Made by a program: the position numbers and the translations under genes | Assembly (NCBI GenBank): GCA_041689125.1 | Contig: JBDNGV010000396.1 | Location: 1-39,837, forward strand | Source of the DNA: Daejeonella sp. | Lineage (GTDB): Bacteria > Bacteroidota > Bacteroidia > Sphingobacteriales > Sphingobacteriaceae | Length of the DNA: 39,837 nucleotides | Direction: 5' to 3' | Part shown: piece after piece, positions 19,885 through 30,487 of the stretch | Layout: every line of letters begins with the position of its first letter | Position numbering within the stretch: position 1 is the first letter of the stretch | The notes under the pieces: generated by a model | Database searches by the model: none | The model's input: only the letters and a program-made list of their open reading frames with translations | What the model was told of the DNA's origin: nothing

Positions 19885-21117
19885 TTAATTGCTTTGAACC
19901 AAGAAGGCAACTTGCTTTCTAGATAATCTAGTCTTTCTAAGTCGTTTTTTTCTCTTTTTGTTTAGAGAAAAAAGGAAGAAATATCCTGATACACCAGCCA
20001 AAATAGATGCCACAAGTATTGAAAATTTTGCCTCAATATTAAAAATTGGATCATTGAAGGAAAGCAAAGCAATGAAAATCGACATGGTAAATCCAATGCC
20101 GGCAAGCAGCCCTAATCCGAAAACATGTTTCCAGCTTGCTCTTGATGGCAAAGTAGCAATTCCTGATTTAACCGCTATCCATGAAAACAGTGTTACCCCA
20201 ACTGGTTTACCTATGATTAAGCCAAAGATTATACCTAAGCCAAGTGGGCTCGTAAGCCCATTGATCATTTCACTTTCAAATCGGATATTCGTATTGGTAA
20301 GAGCAAATATAGGCATGATCAGAAAATTCACAGGCTTGACGATTATATGTTCTAAGTTTTCGAGGGAAGAAGTGCTTTTTACCGGATTTGAAGTTATTGT
20401 TAAAGCCAATAAAACGCCTGCTATTGTTGCATCAATACCTGAATGGTGGATAAAATACCATAGAAATATGCCAGGTATGATATAGAAAAATAGCTTTTTC
20501 ACTCCCAAATAGTTCATTGCTATTAGTAAAGTCATAATACCGGCAGAGTACAATAACTGCATCCAATGTAATTCATTGGTATAAAATATTGCAATAACAA
20601 GAATAGCACCCAGATCATCTACAATAGCTAAGGCAGCAAGAAAAACCTTCAAAGAGGCCGGTACCCTTTTACCTAGTAGTGATAATACACCAAGTGCAAA
20701 TGCAATGTCGGTAGCCATAGGGATACCCCAACCTGAAATGGTTTCCTGGCTTAAATTGAATAAAAAATAAGTCCCTGCAGGCAGAAACATTCCACCTAAT
20801 GCAGCAAAAATGGGCATTGCAGCTTTTCTAGGAGTTGAGAGTTCTCCTTCAATGATTTCACGCTTAATTTCGAGGCCAATTAGTAAAAAGAATATAGCCA
20901 TCAAGCCATCATTTATCCATTGGGATAATGAATATTCTAATTGCAGATTTAAATTGCTATATCCAAATTCTGCTGCAAGAAGTTTCTCAAAACTTTCACC
21001 AAGAGTGGAGTTTGCAATTGATAATGAAATAACAACAGAGAAAATAAGTATGACACCGCCAATTTGTTCAGAACGAAAAAAGTTACGAAATGGTTTTAAG
21101 TTTATTGCTTGAGCCAT
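19885..21117 (-). CDS. nhaA: Na+/H+ antiporter NhaA
   Basis: WINDGLMAIFF, ATDIAF, AIVDDLGA, GKPVG, GIGFTMSIFI. Confidence 0.96.
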   Translation of the reverse strand: MAQAINLKPFRNFFRSEQIGGVILIFSVVISLSIANSTLGESFEKLLAAEFGYSNLNLQLEYSLSQWINDGLMAIFFLLIGLEIKREIIEGELSTPRKAAMPIFAALGGMFLPAGTYFLFNLSQETISGWGIPMATDIAFALGVLSLLGKRVPASLKVFLAALAIVDDLGAILVIAIFYTNELHWMQLLYSAGIMTLLIAMNYLGVKKLFFYIIPGIFLWYFIHHSGIDATIAGVLLALTITSNPVKSTSSLENLEHIIVKPVNFLIMPIFALTNTNIRFESEMINGLTSPLGLGIIFGLIIGKPVGVTLFSWIAVKSGIATLPSRASWKHVFGLGLLAGIGFTMSIFIALLSFNDPIFNIEAKFSILVASILAGVSGYFFLFSLNKKRKKRLRKTRLSRKQVAFLVQSN

Positions 21118-21228
21118 GCGGGCTAAAATACTGAAAAATTTCAGGGGTGTTGTCTAAATAAGGTAAGAAAAGGCCAATCTGGTGTATTTCAGGTCGTTTT
21201 ATTTAAATAAAACTTTCCGCTTATTCCA

Positions 21229-21849
21229 TTACAAAAATTGATCCAAATCTCCTTTTCCCTGTCTTTTAATTTCAAATCCTCCTTCACTGCAATCTACTAT
21301 CGTAGAGGGTTCATTATGACCATACCCGCCATCAACAACCAAGTCAACAATATCTTCATACTTTTCATGAATCAATTCAGGATCCGTTGAATATTCAATA
21401 ATCTCATCATCATCATGTATGGAAGTTGAAATAATAGGGTTTCCAAGCATCTTTACAATTGTTCTGGCTATGATATTGTCAGGGACTCTTATACCAACTG
21501 TCTTTTTGTTTGAACTCAATAATTTTGGAACATTTTTGTTCGCATTAAAGATAAAAGTGAAAGGGCCGGGAAGTGCCTTTTTGATTACCCTGTAGGTTTC
21601 ATTATCAATTTGTCTGGTGAAATCTGAAATATGGCTCAGATCATAACAAATGAATGAAAAATTGGCTTTTTCAGGTTTAATACCTCTAATTTTACAAATT
21701 TTTTCAATGGCTTTTGAATTTGTAATATCGCATCCCATGCCATACACGGTGTCAGTCGGATAAATTATTATTCCTCCTTTTTTGAGGACGTCGACCACCT
21801 GCTGGATTATTTTTTCATTCGGATTTTCAGGATAGATCTTAATTAACAT
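21229..21849 (-). CDS. Sua5/YciO/YrdC-family protein (YciO-like)
   Basis: YPTDTVYG, LPGPFTFI, VGIRVP, PSTIVD. Confidence 0.9.
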   Translation of the reverse strand: MLIKIYPENPNEKIIQQVVDVLKKGGIIIYPTDTVYGMGCDITNSKAIEKICKIRGIKPEKANFSFICYDLSHISDFTRQIDNETYRVIKKALPGPFTFIFNANKNVPKLLSSNKKTVGIRVPDNIIARTIVKMLGNPIISTSIHDDDEIIEYSTDPELIHEKYEDIVDLVVDGGYGHNEPSTIVDCSEGGFEIKRQGKGDLDQFL

Positions 21850-21924
21850 ACCTAAAAATACAGATTCTTACCCATTAAACAGCAGGTTAACCCGGATTCT
21901 CAATCAGATCCAAACAAAAAATTC

Positions 21925-23373
21925 CTAAAACTCCGCATTCTTGGGAGTTCTCGGAAAGGGTATAACATCTCTTATGTTTGTCATGCCGGTAACGAAAAGC
22001 ACCAGTCGTTCGAAACCTAAGCCGAATCCTGCATGTGGTGCTGTTCCAAATCGGCGGGTGTCCATGTACCAAGACATTTCCTCTGAAGGAATATGCATTT
22101 CCTCCATTCTTTTTTCAAGCTTTTCAAGACGTTCTTCACGTTGTGAGCCACCAACGATTTCGCCAATTCCGGGGAAAAGAATATCCATAGCTCTAACTGT
22201 TGTTCTTCCTTCCGAATCCGGTTCATTCAGGCGCATATAGAATGATTTAATAGCTGCCGGATAATCAGTTAAGATTACCGGTTTTTTGAAGTGTTTTTCT
22301 ACCAGAAAACGTTCGTGTTCCGATTGGAGGTCGGCACCCCAATCATCGATCAAGTATTTGAATTGCTTCTTTTGATTTGGCTTTGAGTTTCTAAGGATTT
22401 GTATTGCTTCGGTATAAGTTATCCGTTCAAAATTATTTTCCAAGCAGAATTTCAGTTTTGCCAATAGGTCAAGTTCTGAACGTTCTGCTTGTGGCTTTTG
22501 TTTTTCTTCTTCAGCTAATCTGCTGTTCAGAAAATCTAGTTCATCTTCACAATTTTCTAAAGCATAAGAGATTAGATATTTAAGCAGTTCCTCTGCAAGG
22601 TCCATGTTGTCATTCAAATCATAGAAAGCCATTTCAGGCTCTATCATCCAGAATTCTGCCAAGTGACGTGTAGTATTTGAATTTTCGGCTCTGAAAGTTG
22701 GTCCGAAGGTATAGATATCCCCGAAGGCCATAGCTGCGAGTTCACCCTCTAACTGTCCTGAAACTGTTAAATTGGTTGCTTTTCCAAAGAAATCTTCCTT
22801 ATAATTTACAGAACCGTCTTCATTGCGTGGAATATGATCCGGATCGAAAGTGGAGACCCTGAACATTTCTCCTGCACCTTCAGCATCCGAAGCAGTTATG
22901 ATAGGTGTGTGCAGATATACAAATCCCTTATCATTGAAAAATTTATGTACTGCATAAGCTAATGCATGCCGAACTTTAAATACTGCATTGAAAGTATTGG
23001 TACGGAATCGGAGATGCGCAATTTCCCTTAAAAACTCCAGGCTATGTTTCTTAGGCTGTAGCGGAAACTTCTCGGCATCGCTGTCACCTACTATCTGGAG
23101 GGTTTTAACTTTGATCTCAATGCGCTGACCCTTACCTAAGGATTCCACAATTTCACCTGTTAGGGAAACTGCGGCTCCGGTAGTTAGCCTTTTTAGTAGA
23201 CTATCATCGAATGAATTAAAATCTACAACAGCCTGTATGTTCTTTATAGTTGAACCATCGTTAATGGCAATGAACTGGTTGTTTCTGAAGGTTTTAACCC
23301 AACCCATTACAGTTACCTCTTGCCCGAAATCAATACTGATCAGTAAATCTTTAATTTTTGTTCGCTTAGCCAT
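21925..23373 (-). CDS. asnS: Asparagine--tRNA ligase
   Basis: [44 protein letters not shown]. Confidence 0.98.
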   Translation of the reverse strand: MAKRTKIKDLLISIDFGQEVTVMGWVKTFRNNQFIAINDGSTIKNIQAVVDFNSFDDSLLKRLTTGAAVSLTGEIVESLGKGQRIEIKVKTLQIVGDSDAEKFPLQPKKHSLEFLREIAHLRFRTNTFNAVFKVRHALAYAVHKFFNDKGFVYLHTPIITASDAEGAGEMFRVSTFDPDHIPRNEDGSVNYKEDFFGKATNLTVSGQLEGELAAMAFGDIYTFGPTFRAENSNTTRHLAEFWMIEPEMAFYDLNDNMDLAEELLKYLISYALENCEDELDFLNSRLAEEEKQKPQAERSELDLLAKLKFCLENNFERITYTEAIQILRNSKPNQKKQFKYLIDDWGADLQSEHERFLVEKHFKKPVILTDYPAAIKSFYMRLNEPDSEGRTTVRAMDILFPGIGEIVGGSQREERLEKLEKRMEEMHIPSEEMSWYMDTRRFGTAPHAGFGLGFERLVLFVTGMTNIRDVIPFPRTPKNAEF

Positions 23374-23450
23374 GATTTTTTAATGAATTGCAAAAATACA
23401 AATCGTTCTGTTAACCACAAGGCAAGGGGCTGCCTTAAAGGGAATCTTAA

Positions 23451-23876
23451 TTATTGACAGAGAGTCAAATCTTTTCCAACCTGATTTTGGTCATAAAAAC
23501 CCTGTTTGTTTCCAAATGAATTACTGATGTAAACAATTAGTTGGGCAATATCTATATCTGCCAACGTGTTGTTCCCTGGCATTTGCCCTTGATAAGAAAT
23601 ATTATTTATCTGGATCTCTTCATTTTGACCATTTTTGATTATACAGGCGATTTTGTTTTTATTGCGAATTAGGTAAGTACTGTCTGTAAGCGGTGGATAT
23701 AAAGTACCTAATCCTTTTCCATCGGTGCCGTGACAGTTCTGACAATTCTTTTCATAAAGCCCTTTGCCATTCACATAGTAACGCTTATAATTAATACTGT
23801 CTTCATTCTGACAGGATTGTATTATGATAACCGTACTGAAAAGAAATAAAAAAAGATATATCAGCCTATTTCGCAT
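23451..23876 (-). CDS. Monoheme c-type cytochrome lipoprotein
   Basis: Lipobox IQSC, CQNCH, YPPL, axial Met in GQMP. Confidence 0.9.
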   Translation of the reverse strand: MRNRLIYLFLFLFSTVIIIQSCQNEDSINYKRYYVNGKGLYEKNCQNCHGTDGKGLGTLYPPLTDSTYLIRNKNKIACIIKNGQNEEIQINNISYQGQMPGNNTLADIDIAQLIVYISNSFGNKQGFYDQNQVGKDLTLCQ

Positions 23877-24516
23877 CAGCAGCTTCTTCTCTGAGCAATT
23901 TATCCATGTCTTCCATCAATTGTTTCACCTGATCCGCTTTTGTGCCATCGTATGCACCGCGTAATTGCTTTTTAGTGTCTACCAATATAAACCAACCCTG
24001 ATGTACCAGACCCTGAGGGTCAGAACTATCTTCAAATGCCGAAACTAAATAACTTTTTGCAGAGATATTGAAGATGGAATCGCGGCTTCCATGTACGAAT
24101 TCCCATTGATTCCCCTCTACACCAAGTTTGGTAGCATAGGTTTTTAATCTGGAAGGTAAATCGTATTTAATATCTATCGAATGGGATAGAAATTTAACTT
24201 TCGGGTTGTCTTTGAATTTCTTATAAACATCAAGCATATTCCGATGCATAATCGGGCATATCGTGTTACAGGATGTGAAAAAGAAGTCGGAAACATAAAT
24301 CTTTCCGTCAAAATCTTTATCAGTCACCATCACACTATCCTGATTCAAATAACTGAAAGGTGGAATGGTTTGATAAATAGTATCAACTACAGTTTTGCCG
24401 TCAACAGTTTTTTCTATCGGTTCCCGGTTTCCTAAAATGGGAAGTTTAGAATCTGAAGTACTTTTACAGGACTGGAGAAATATCACTGCAAGCGCAATAA
24501 ACATAAGCTTTTTCAT
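23866..24516 (-). CDS. SCO1/SenC-family copper chaperone lipoprotein
   Basis: FFFTSCNTICP (CxxxC) and conserved His in LVHQGWFILVD. Confidence 0.93.
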   Translation of the reverse strand: MKKLMFIALAVIFLQSCKSTSDSKLPILGNREPIEKTVDGKTVVDTIYQTIPPFSYLNQDSVMVTDKDFDGKIYVSDFFFTSCNTICPIMHRNMLDVYKKFKDNPKVKFLSHSIDIKYDLPSRLKTYATKLGVEGNQWEFVHGSRDSIFNISAKSYLVSAFEDSSDPQGLVHQGWFILVDTKKQLRGAYDGTKADQVKQLMEDMDKLLREEAADAK

Positions 24517-24634
24517 ACTGCAAATATACTTTGTTTACTCAGTAGAAAGCCCTGAAATGGAAAATTTGTCTCTAAAGTATTTTAAAAAAAGCCGCAGTGT
24601 ATGATCTTGTTACTTGGTGAATTTCAATCAGAAA

Positions 24635-26371
24635 CTATACTGCAAGATCATCTATGATTCGATTTATTTTTTCATCAAGTTGCTTGTCCTTTTTACCGAA
24701 TTCACTCATGTCGGGAAGCGCAGTCTTTACACTACAATAAAATTTAATCTTTGGTTCTGTACCGGAGGGTCTTGCAGACACGATACATCCATCGGCAGTG
24801 ATAAATTGTAGGACATCTGATTTGGGCAGGTCCAGTTTTTTAGAGCTTCCGCTAATTAGGTCTGTTTCTTTACCAAGTTCATAATCTTTTAGGCAAACAA
24901 CTTTTGATCCTCCCAGACTCTCTGGAGTATTGGAACGGAACCGTTCCATCATTGATTTAATTTCCTCAGCACCTGTTTTTCCTTTTTTAGTGATTGAAAC
25001 CAGTTTTTCCTTGTAGAAGCCATACGTTTGGTACATTTTTAACATAGCCTGGTAAAGACTGCTACCTTCGTCTTTGTAATAGGCAGCCATTTCTGCAATA
25101 AAAGCACAGGAAATAACTGCGTCTTTATCCCTAACAAGTTCACCAACCAAATAGCCATAACTTTCTTCACCACCTACAATAAAAGTTTTCTTTCCCTGCA
25201 ATTCAGTTATCAAAGCTCCAATCCATTTAAAACCGGTAAGTGTTTCATAGAAACTTACTTTTTTTGATTTTGCAATATCTTCTATCAGTTTGGTTGTCAC
25301 TATGGTGGATACAATATATTCGTTGCCGGTAAGTTTCCCCTTTTGCTCCCATGCACTTAAAAGATAGTTAATCAATAAACTCCCTGTTTGATTGCCATTT
25401 AGTAGAATGAACTCACCTTCATTATTTTTTACAGCAATTCCCACCCGGTCAGCATCAGGATCGGTTGCAAGCACAAGATCAGCATCAATTTCTACGGCTT
25501 TAGCAATTGCAAGGGATAAGGCTTCCTTCTCTTCAGGGTTTGGATAAATCACAGTAGGAAAATTCCCGTCCGGAACGGCTTGCTCTTCAACAATTATCAC
25601 ATTCGTAAATCCAAAACGTTTTAATGCAGCAGGAACCAAAGTAATGCCAGTACCATGAATAGGAGAAAAGACAATTTTGAGATCATGTTGCCTTTGAATA
25701 GCTTCCTGAGAAACGGAAAGTTCAGTAATCTTTTTTAAATAAAGTTCGTCAATCTCCTCTGCGATGTACTCAATGTTTTTAGTAACTCGGTCAAATTTGA
25801 CTTCTTTTATGTCGCTTATGGCCGAAACTTCATCCATAACCATTTGATCATCAGGTGATTTAAACTGTCCGCCATCTGAACCATATGCCTTGTATCCATT
25901 GTATTCTTTTGGATTATGTGATGCGGTAATCATTACACCGCTACGACAACCAAGGTGCCGGATTGCAAATGATAGCTCCGGAGTTGGTCTCAGTTCTTTG
26001 AAAAAATAAACATGTATTCCATTGGCTGAAAATACATCGGCAGTAATTTTGGCGAAATAATCAGATTTGTTCCTACTGTCATGGGCAATAGCAACACTAA
26101 TCTTTTCACCAGAATATTTTTTAAGAAGATAATTACTTAAACCCTGCGTTGCAGTTCCTATTGTATATTTATTAATTCGGTTAGAACCTGGGCCCATAGT
26201 GCCACGAAGTCCTCCGGTTCCAAATTCGAGGTCTCTATAGAAAGAATCTGTTAGCTCGGTGTAGGATTCAGATTCCATTAATTCGCTGATTTCCTTCTTT
26301 GTCACTTCATCATAGCTTCCCTGAAGCCAGTGGTTAATCTTATTTAAAACGGAGATTTCTAATTCTTTCAT
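24635..26371 (-). CDS. pgm: Phosphoglucomutase/phosphomannomutase family protein
   Basis: FGTGGLRG, TASHNP, DPDADR, GEES, RPSGTEPK. Confidence 0.93.
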   Translation of the reverse strand: MKELEISVLNKINHWLQGSYDEVTKKEISELMESESYTELTDSFYRDLEFGTGGLRGTMGPGSNRINKYTIGTATQGLSNYLLKKYSGEKISVAIAHDSRNKSDYFAKITADVFSANGIHVYFFKELRPTPELSFAIRHLGCRSGVMITASHNPKEYNGYKAYGSDGGQFKSPDDQMVMDEVSAISDIKEVKFDRVTKNIEYIAEEIDELYLKKITELSVSQEAIQRQHDLKIVFSPIHGTGITLVPAALKRFGFTNVIIVEEQAVPDGNFPTVIYPNPEEKEALSLAIAKAVEIDADLVLATDPDADRVGIAVKNNEGEFILLNGNQTGSLLINYLLSAWEQKGKLTGNEYIVSTIVTTKLIEDIAKSKKVSFYETLTGFKWIGALITELQGKKTFIVGGEESYGYLVGELVRDKDAVISCAFIAEMAAYYKDEGSSLYQAMLKMYQTYGFYKEKLVSITKKGKTGAEEIKSMMERFRSNTPESLGGSKVVCLKDYELGKETDLISGSSKKLDLPKSDVLQFITADGCIVSARPSGTEPKIKFYCSVKTALPDMSEFGKKDKQLDEKINRIIDDLAV

Positions 26372-26538
26372 CGATTATTTTATTTTAAATTCAGACATTA
26401 AGGTCTTCTTTTTCCAAAGAATCTTGAATGCCAAATTATATTCTGTTCATAATGAAAATTAGGATGCTTTTTCCTAATTTTAGCCTCTCATTGCACAAGT
26501 ATAAAAATCATTTGCTGCAATCTAAAATTCAAGCTTAC

Positions 26539-27846
26539 ATGAAGGTACTAAAGTTCGGAGGAACATCAGTTGGCAGTCCAGATCGGATTAAAAAATTATT
26601 AGACATTATTAACACTGAGGAAAGACAGATTGTTGTTCTCTCTGCAGTCTCAGGTACTACAAACAGCCTTTTGCAAATATCACAGGCTTATTTGGCAGCA
26701 GATAAATCAAAAGCAGCAGAACTTACTGCCATATTGAAGGGTAAATATGATTTGTTTATCAAAGAACTTTATTCTTCAGAAGAGGGATTGGAAAATGGAA
26801 AAAATCTAATCGATTACCATTTTAATCTAATTTCTTCATTTGCCAATGCGCATTTTACTGCTATTGAAGAAAAAATTATTCTTGCACAGGGCGAACTTAT
26901 TTCAACTACCCTGTATCAATTTTATTTGACAGAGATAGGAGTGAAGTCAAAGTTGATCCCTGCTCTTGTTTTTATGAAGATTGATGAGGATAACGAGCCT
27001 GTAATTGATTTTATCAGTGAACATATCCGGCCATTATTAGATCAGGAGACGAACTTGTTCATCACTCAGGGTTATATCTGCCGCAATTCCTTCGGTGAAA
27101 TAGATAATTTACGAAGGGGAGGAAGTGATTATACTGCTTCATTGATTGGTGCTGCCATACGTGCTGTAGAAATACAAATCTGGACTGATATTGATGGGAT
27201 GCATAATAATGATCCGCGTATAGTTAAAGGCACAAAACCCATTGCAAGATTATCATTTGATGAAGCTGCTGAACTTGCATATTTCGGAGCCAAAATCCTC
27301 CACCCACAAAGTGTGTTCCCTGCTCAAAAATTTAAGGTCCCGGTTCGTTTATTGAACACTATGGAACCGAAAGCTGCCGGAACCTTGATTACCAATGACA
27401 GTGAGCGAGGCAAAATCAAATCTATTGCTGCCAAAGATGGAATTACAGCCATAAAAATTCAATCCAGCAGAATGCTTCTTGCCTATGGATTTTTGAGAAG
27501 AGTTTTTGAGATATTCGAGCGTTATAAAACGCCAATTGACATGATCACTACTTCAGAAGTGGCCGTATCAGTTACGATTGATGATATCAGTAATCTCGCA
27601 GAAATAATTAATGAGCTTAATAATTTCGGAACTGTGGAAGTGGATTATAATCAAACAATTGTTTGTGTTGTAGGTGATTTTGGTGCAGATAAACATGGCT
27701 TTGCTGCCCGTGTTTTTGACGCCCTTAAACATATTCCAATCCGGATGATCTCTTACGGTGGAAGTCATTTTAACATCTCCCTTCTTATTAATGATGGGGA
27801 TAAGGTTGAAGCACTTAGGTCATTACATAATCGTTTATTTGAATAG
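26539..27846 (+). CDS. lysC: Monofunctional aspartate kinase
   Basis: ATG 26539 starts MKVLKFGGTSVG; RGGSDYTA, WTDIDG...DPR, FGAKILHP, two ACT domains. Confidence 0.93.
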   Translation: MKVLKFGGTSVGSPDRIKKLLDIINTEERQIVVLSAVSGTTNSLLQISQAYLAADKSKAAELTAILKGKYDLFIKELYSSEEGLENGKNLIDYHFNLISSFANAHFTAIEEKIILAQGELISTTLYQFYLTEIGVKSKLIPALVFMKIDEDNEPVIDFISEHIRPLLDQETNLFITQGYICRNSFGEIDNLRRGGSDYTASLIGAAIRAVEIQIWTDIDGMHNNDPRIVKGTKPIARLSFDEAAELAYFGAKILHPQSVFPAQKFKVPVRLLNTMEPKAAGTLITNDSERGKIKSIAAKDGITAIKIQSSRMLLAYGFLRRVFEIFERYKTPIDMITTSEVAVSVTIDDISNLAEIINELNNFGTVEVDYNQTIVCVVGDFGADKHGFAARVFDALKHIPIRMISYGGSHFNISLLINDGDKVEALRSLHNRLFE

Positions 27847-27853
27847 AATTAGT

Positions 27854-27870
27854 ATCCGCCTCAGGCGGAT
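27854..27870. repeat. Short GC-rich intergenic palindrome (REP-like)
   Basis: ATCCGCC-tca-GGCGGAT between lysC and lysA, no T tail. Confidence 0.45.
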
Positions 27871-27882
27871 TAGAAAATTTAT

Positions 27883-29034
27883 ATGTTTAACAAGGATACA
27901 GTTGCACGTTTTCAAAATATAGAAACTCCATTTTATTATTATGATCTGAAAATATTGGATCAGATTCTGATGGCTTGTAAAGCCGCTTCAGAAAAGTTTG
28001 CATTTCATGTTCATTATGCATTGAAGGCTAATTTCAATGAGCAGGTTTTGAAAGCCATTGAAAAAGTAGGTTTCGGTGCTGATTGTGTCAGTGGAAATGA
28101 GGTTAAAAAGGCAATAGAAATTGGTTTTGATCCGGGAAAGGTTGTTTTTGCTGGTGTTGGAAAGTCTGACAAGGAAATCAATGAGGCTTTAAACAATAAT
28201 ATTTATTGTTTCAATATTGAGTCGGTTCAGGAACTTGGAGTAATCAATGAGCTTGCTTTTAAACAAGATAAAATGGCCAGAGTGGCCATTCGCATCAATC
28301 CGAATGTGGATGCCCATACGCATCAATATATCACTACCGGCCTTGAGGAGAATAAGTTTGGTGTGAATCAATGGGAATTACCAGCTTGTATTGCAGAACT
28401 TAAAAGGTGTTCTAATCTTGAATTGATTGGAATTCATTTCCACGTTGGATCTCAGATTACCAATCTGGATGTTTTTAAAAGTCTTTGTCTGAAGGTTAAT
28501 GAACTTAATATCTGGTTTTTGGAACATGGGTATGATCTTAAGGTTCTGAATGTTGGCGGTGGTTTGGGTGTGGACTATCATCATCCTGATGAGAATGCAG
28601 TCAATGATTTTATGAGTTTTTTTGCCATTTATGACAAATTTCTTGAACGGAGGAAAGGTCAGGAGGTTCATTTTGAATTGGGTAGAGCATTAGTAGCACA
28701 ATGCGGAAGTTTGATCAGCCGCATACTCTATGTAAAAAATGGTTTAAAGAAGAATTTTCTCGTTCTGGATGCCGGAATGACCGAATTGATGCGCCCGGCA
28801 CTTTATCAGGCATATCATAAGATTGAAAATATTAGTGCAAATGCTGCAAACCCCATAATTTCCTATGATGTTGTTGGTCCGATTTGCGAAAGTACAGATT
28901 GCTTTGGTAAGGAAGTTGAGTTACCCGAATCAAAGCGGGGAGAAATTATCGCAATAAGAACTGCAGGTGCTTACGGTGAAGTAATGGCTTCCGGGTATAA
29001 CTTAAGAGACCGGGTTATATCTATATACTCCTAG
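27883..29034 (+). CDS. lysA: Diaminopimelate decarboxylase
   Basis: YALKAN, KFG, HFHVGSQ, GGGLG, GPICESTD, GAYG. Confidence 0.96.
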   Translation: MFNKDTVARFQNIETPFYYYDLKILDQILMACKAASEKFAFHVHYALKANFNEQVLKAIEKVGFGADCVSGNEVKKAIEIGFDPGKVVFAGVGKSDKEINEALNNNIYCFNIESVQELGVINELAFKQDKMARVAIRINPNVDAHTHQYITTGLEENKFGVNQWELPACIAELKRCSNLELIGIHFHVGSQITNLDVFKSLCLKVNELNIWFLEHGYDLKVLNVGGGLGVDYHHPDENAVNDFMSFFAIYDKFLERRKGQEVHFELGRALVAQCGSLISRILYVKNGLKKNFLVLDAGMTELMRPALYQAYHKIENISANAANPIISYDVVGPICESTDCFGKEVELPESKRGEIIAIRTAGAYGEVMASGYNLRDRVISIYS

Positions 29035-29080
29035 TGTTATACTTTAATTTTATATGTTTTTGAACCTAGGGTACAAGGCA

Positions 29081-30301
29081 TTATTGAAATGCATTCAGGC
29101 CGGTAATATCCATCCCCGTTATCAATAAATGAATGTCGTGGGTGCCTTCATAGGTTACAACCGATTCCAGATTCATCATATGTCGCATCACCGGATATTC
29201 TCCAGTAATTCCCATCCCTCCCAGAATCTGCCTTGCTTCACGAGCAATATTAATGGCAGTTTCAACACTGTTTCTTTTGGCCATAGAAATTTGGGCTGGT
29301 GTAGCACGATCATTATTTTTAAGTTCACCAAGACGCCAAACTAGGAGCTGCCCTTTGGTAATCTCTGTAATCATTTCGGCAAGTTTCTTTTGCTGGAGCT
29401 GAAATCCACCTATCGGCCTTCCGAATTGCATTCTTTCCTTGGAATAACGCAATGCAGTATCGTAACAGTCCATAGCGGCACCCATTGCACCCCAAGCAAT
29501 GCCATAGCGGGCTTGGTTTAAACAACCCAGTGGACCTTTGATTCCCTTTACATTCGGTAGTATGTTTTCCTTAGGGATCTTTACATTATTAAAAACCAAT
29601 TCTCCTGTAGAAGAAGCTCTAAGGCTCCATTTCCCATGGATTTCAGGGGCAGAAAAGCCTTCCATTCCTTTTTCAACAATCAATCCTCTAATCACTCCTT
29701 CTTCATCTTTAGCCCAAACTACTGCAATGTCTGCATAGGGTGAATTGGAAATCCATATTTTTGATCCGTTCAGTAGGAAATGATCTCCCATATCTTTAAT
29801 ATTGGCGATCATACTTCCCGGATCTGAACCATGATCTGGCTCAGTTAATCCAAAACATCCCAGAAATTCGCCCGATGCCAGTTTAGGAAGGAACTTTATT
29901 TTTTGTTCCTCAGAACCATAAGCATAAATTGGATACATCACCAGAGATCCTTGAACAGATGCGGTTGAACGGATGCCAGAATCGCCACGCTCTATTTCCT
30001 GCATAATCAGACCATATGAAATATAATCCAAACCTGCCCCGCCATATTTCGCTGGTATAGTTGGTCCAAAAGCACCCAATGTGGCAAGCCCCGGAATCAA
30101 GTGTTGTGGAAATTCAGCTCTTTGAGCAAAATCTTCAATTATTGGGCTCACTTCCTTTTTGACCCAAGTCCTTACGGAATCTCGTATAAGTTTATGCTCT
30201 TCAGTCAATAGCTCATCCACCAGAAAATAGTCTGGTGCTTCATAAAGATCTTTTTTTGACGACTTGTTAATGTTTCTCGCTTCTGAATCCTGGTTTTGCA
30301 T
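29081..30301 (-). CDS. Acyl-CoA dehydrogenase (glutaryl-CoA dehydrogenase-like)
   Basis: CFGLTEPDHGSDP, ARYGIAWG, TYEGTHDIH; likely ATG at 30301. Confidence 0.9.
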   Translation of the reverse strand: MQNQDSEARNINKSSKKDLYEAPDYFLVDELLTEEHKLIRDSVRTWVKKEVSPIIEDFAQRAEFPQHLIPGLATLGAFGPTIPAKYGGAGLDYISYGLIMQEIERGDSGIRSTASVQGSLVMYPIYAYGSEEQKIKFLPKLASGEFLGCFGLTEPDHGSDPGSMIANIKDMGDHFLLNGSKIWISNSPYADIAVVWAKDEEGVIRGLIVEKGMEGFSAPEIHGKWSLRASSTGELVFNNVKIPKENILPNVKGIKGPLGCLNQARYGIAWGAMGAAMDCYDTALRYSKERMQFGRPIGGFQLQQKKLAEMITEITKGQLLVWRLGELKNNDRATPAQISMAKRNSVETAINIAREARQILGGMGITGEYPVMRHMMNLESVVTYEGTHDIHLLITGMDITGLNAFQ

Positions 30302-30371
30302 GTAATTGGTTTTTTCAAAACTACAAAAATCGATTCTCATTTGCATTATAGCATATACCTAAAGAAATGTT

Positions 30372-30459
30372 TTTACCGACACTTTTCCCGTATTCACCGA
30401 ATTGTTTATCCTTCTTGCCAAAAAGGTGTATGCTGGCTTTGTATAGCGGGGTACATTTG
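30372..30459 (+). promoter_or_regulatory. Candidate LytTR-type operator plus -7 promoter element
   Basis: TTTACCGAC (30372) and TTCACCGAA (30393): 9-bp repeats with a 12-bp spacer; TACATTTG at 30452-30459. Confidence 0.5.
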
Positions 30460-30487
30460 ATCAACAAACAAACAAAAAAACAAAAAC

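Noticed and set aside
19958-20485. 175-aa ORF antisense to nhaA, and similar antisense ORFs over yitT, nhaD, nqr, apbE and asnS
   Set aside because: Shadow frames of real genes with no recognisable motifs
26428-26538. N-terminal extension of aspartate kinase in the ORF track (similar extensions at 1933, 3570, 4262 and 30346)
   Set aside because: Family N-termini or signal peptides begin at downstream ATGs; the extensions look like translated AT-rich intergenic DNA
30461-30487. CAAA-like short repeats before ATG 30488
   Set aside because: An A-rich translation initiation region typical of Bacteroidota, not an array
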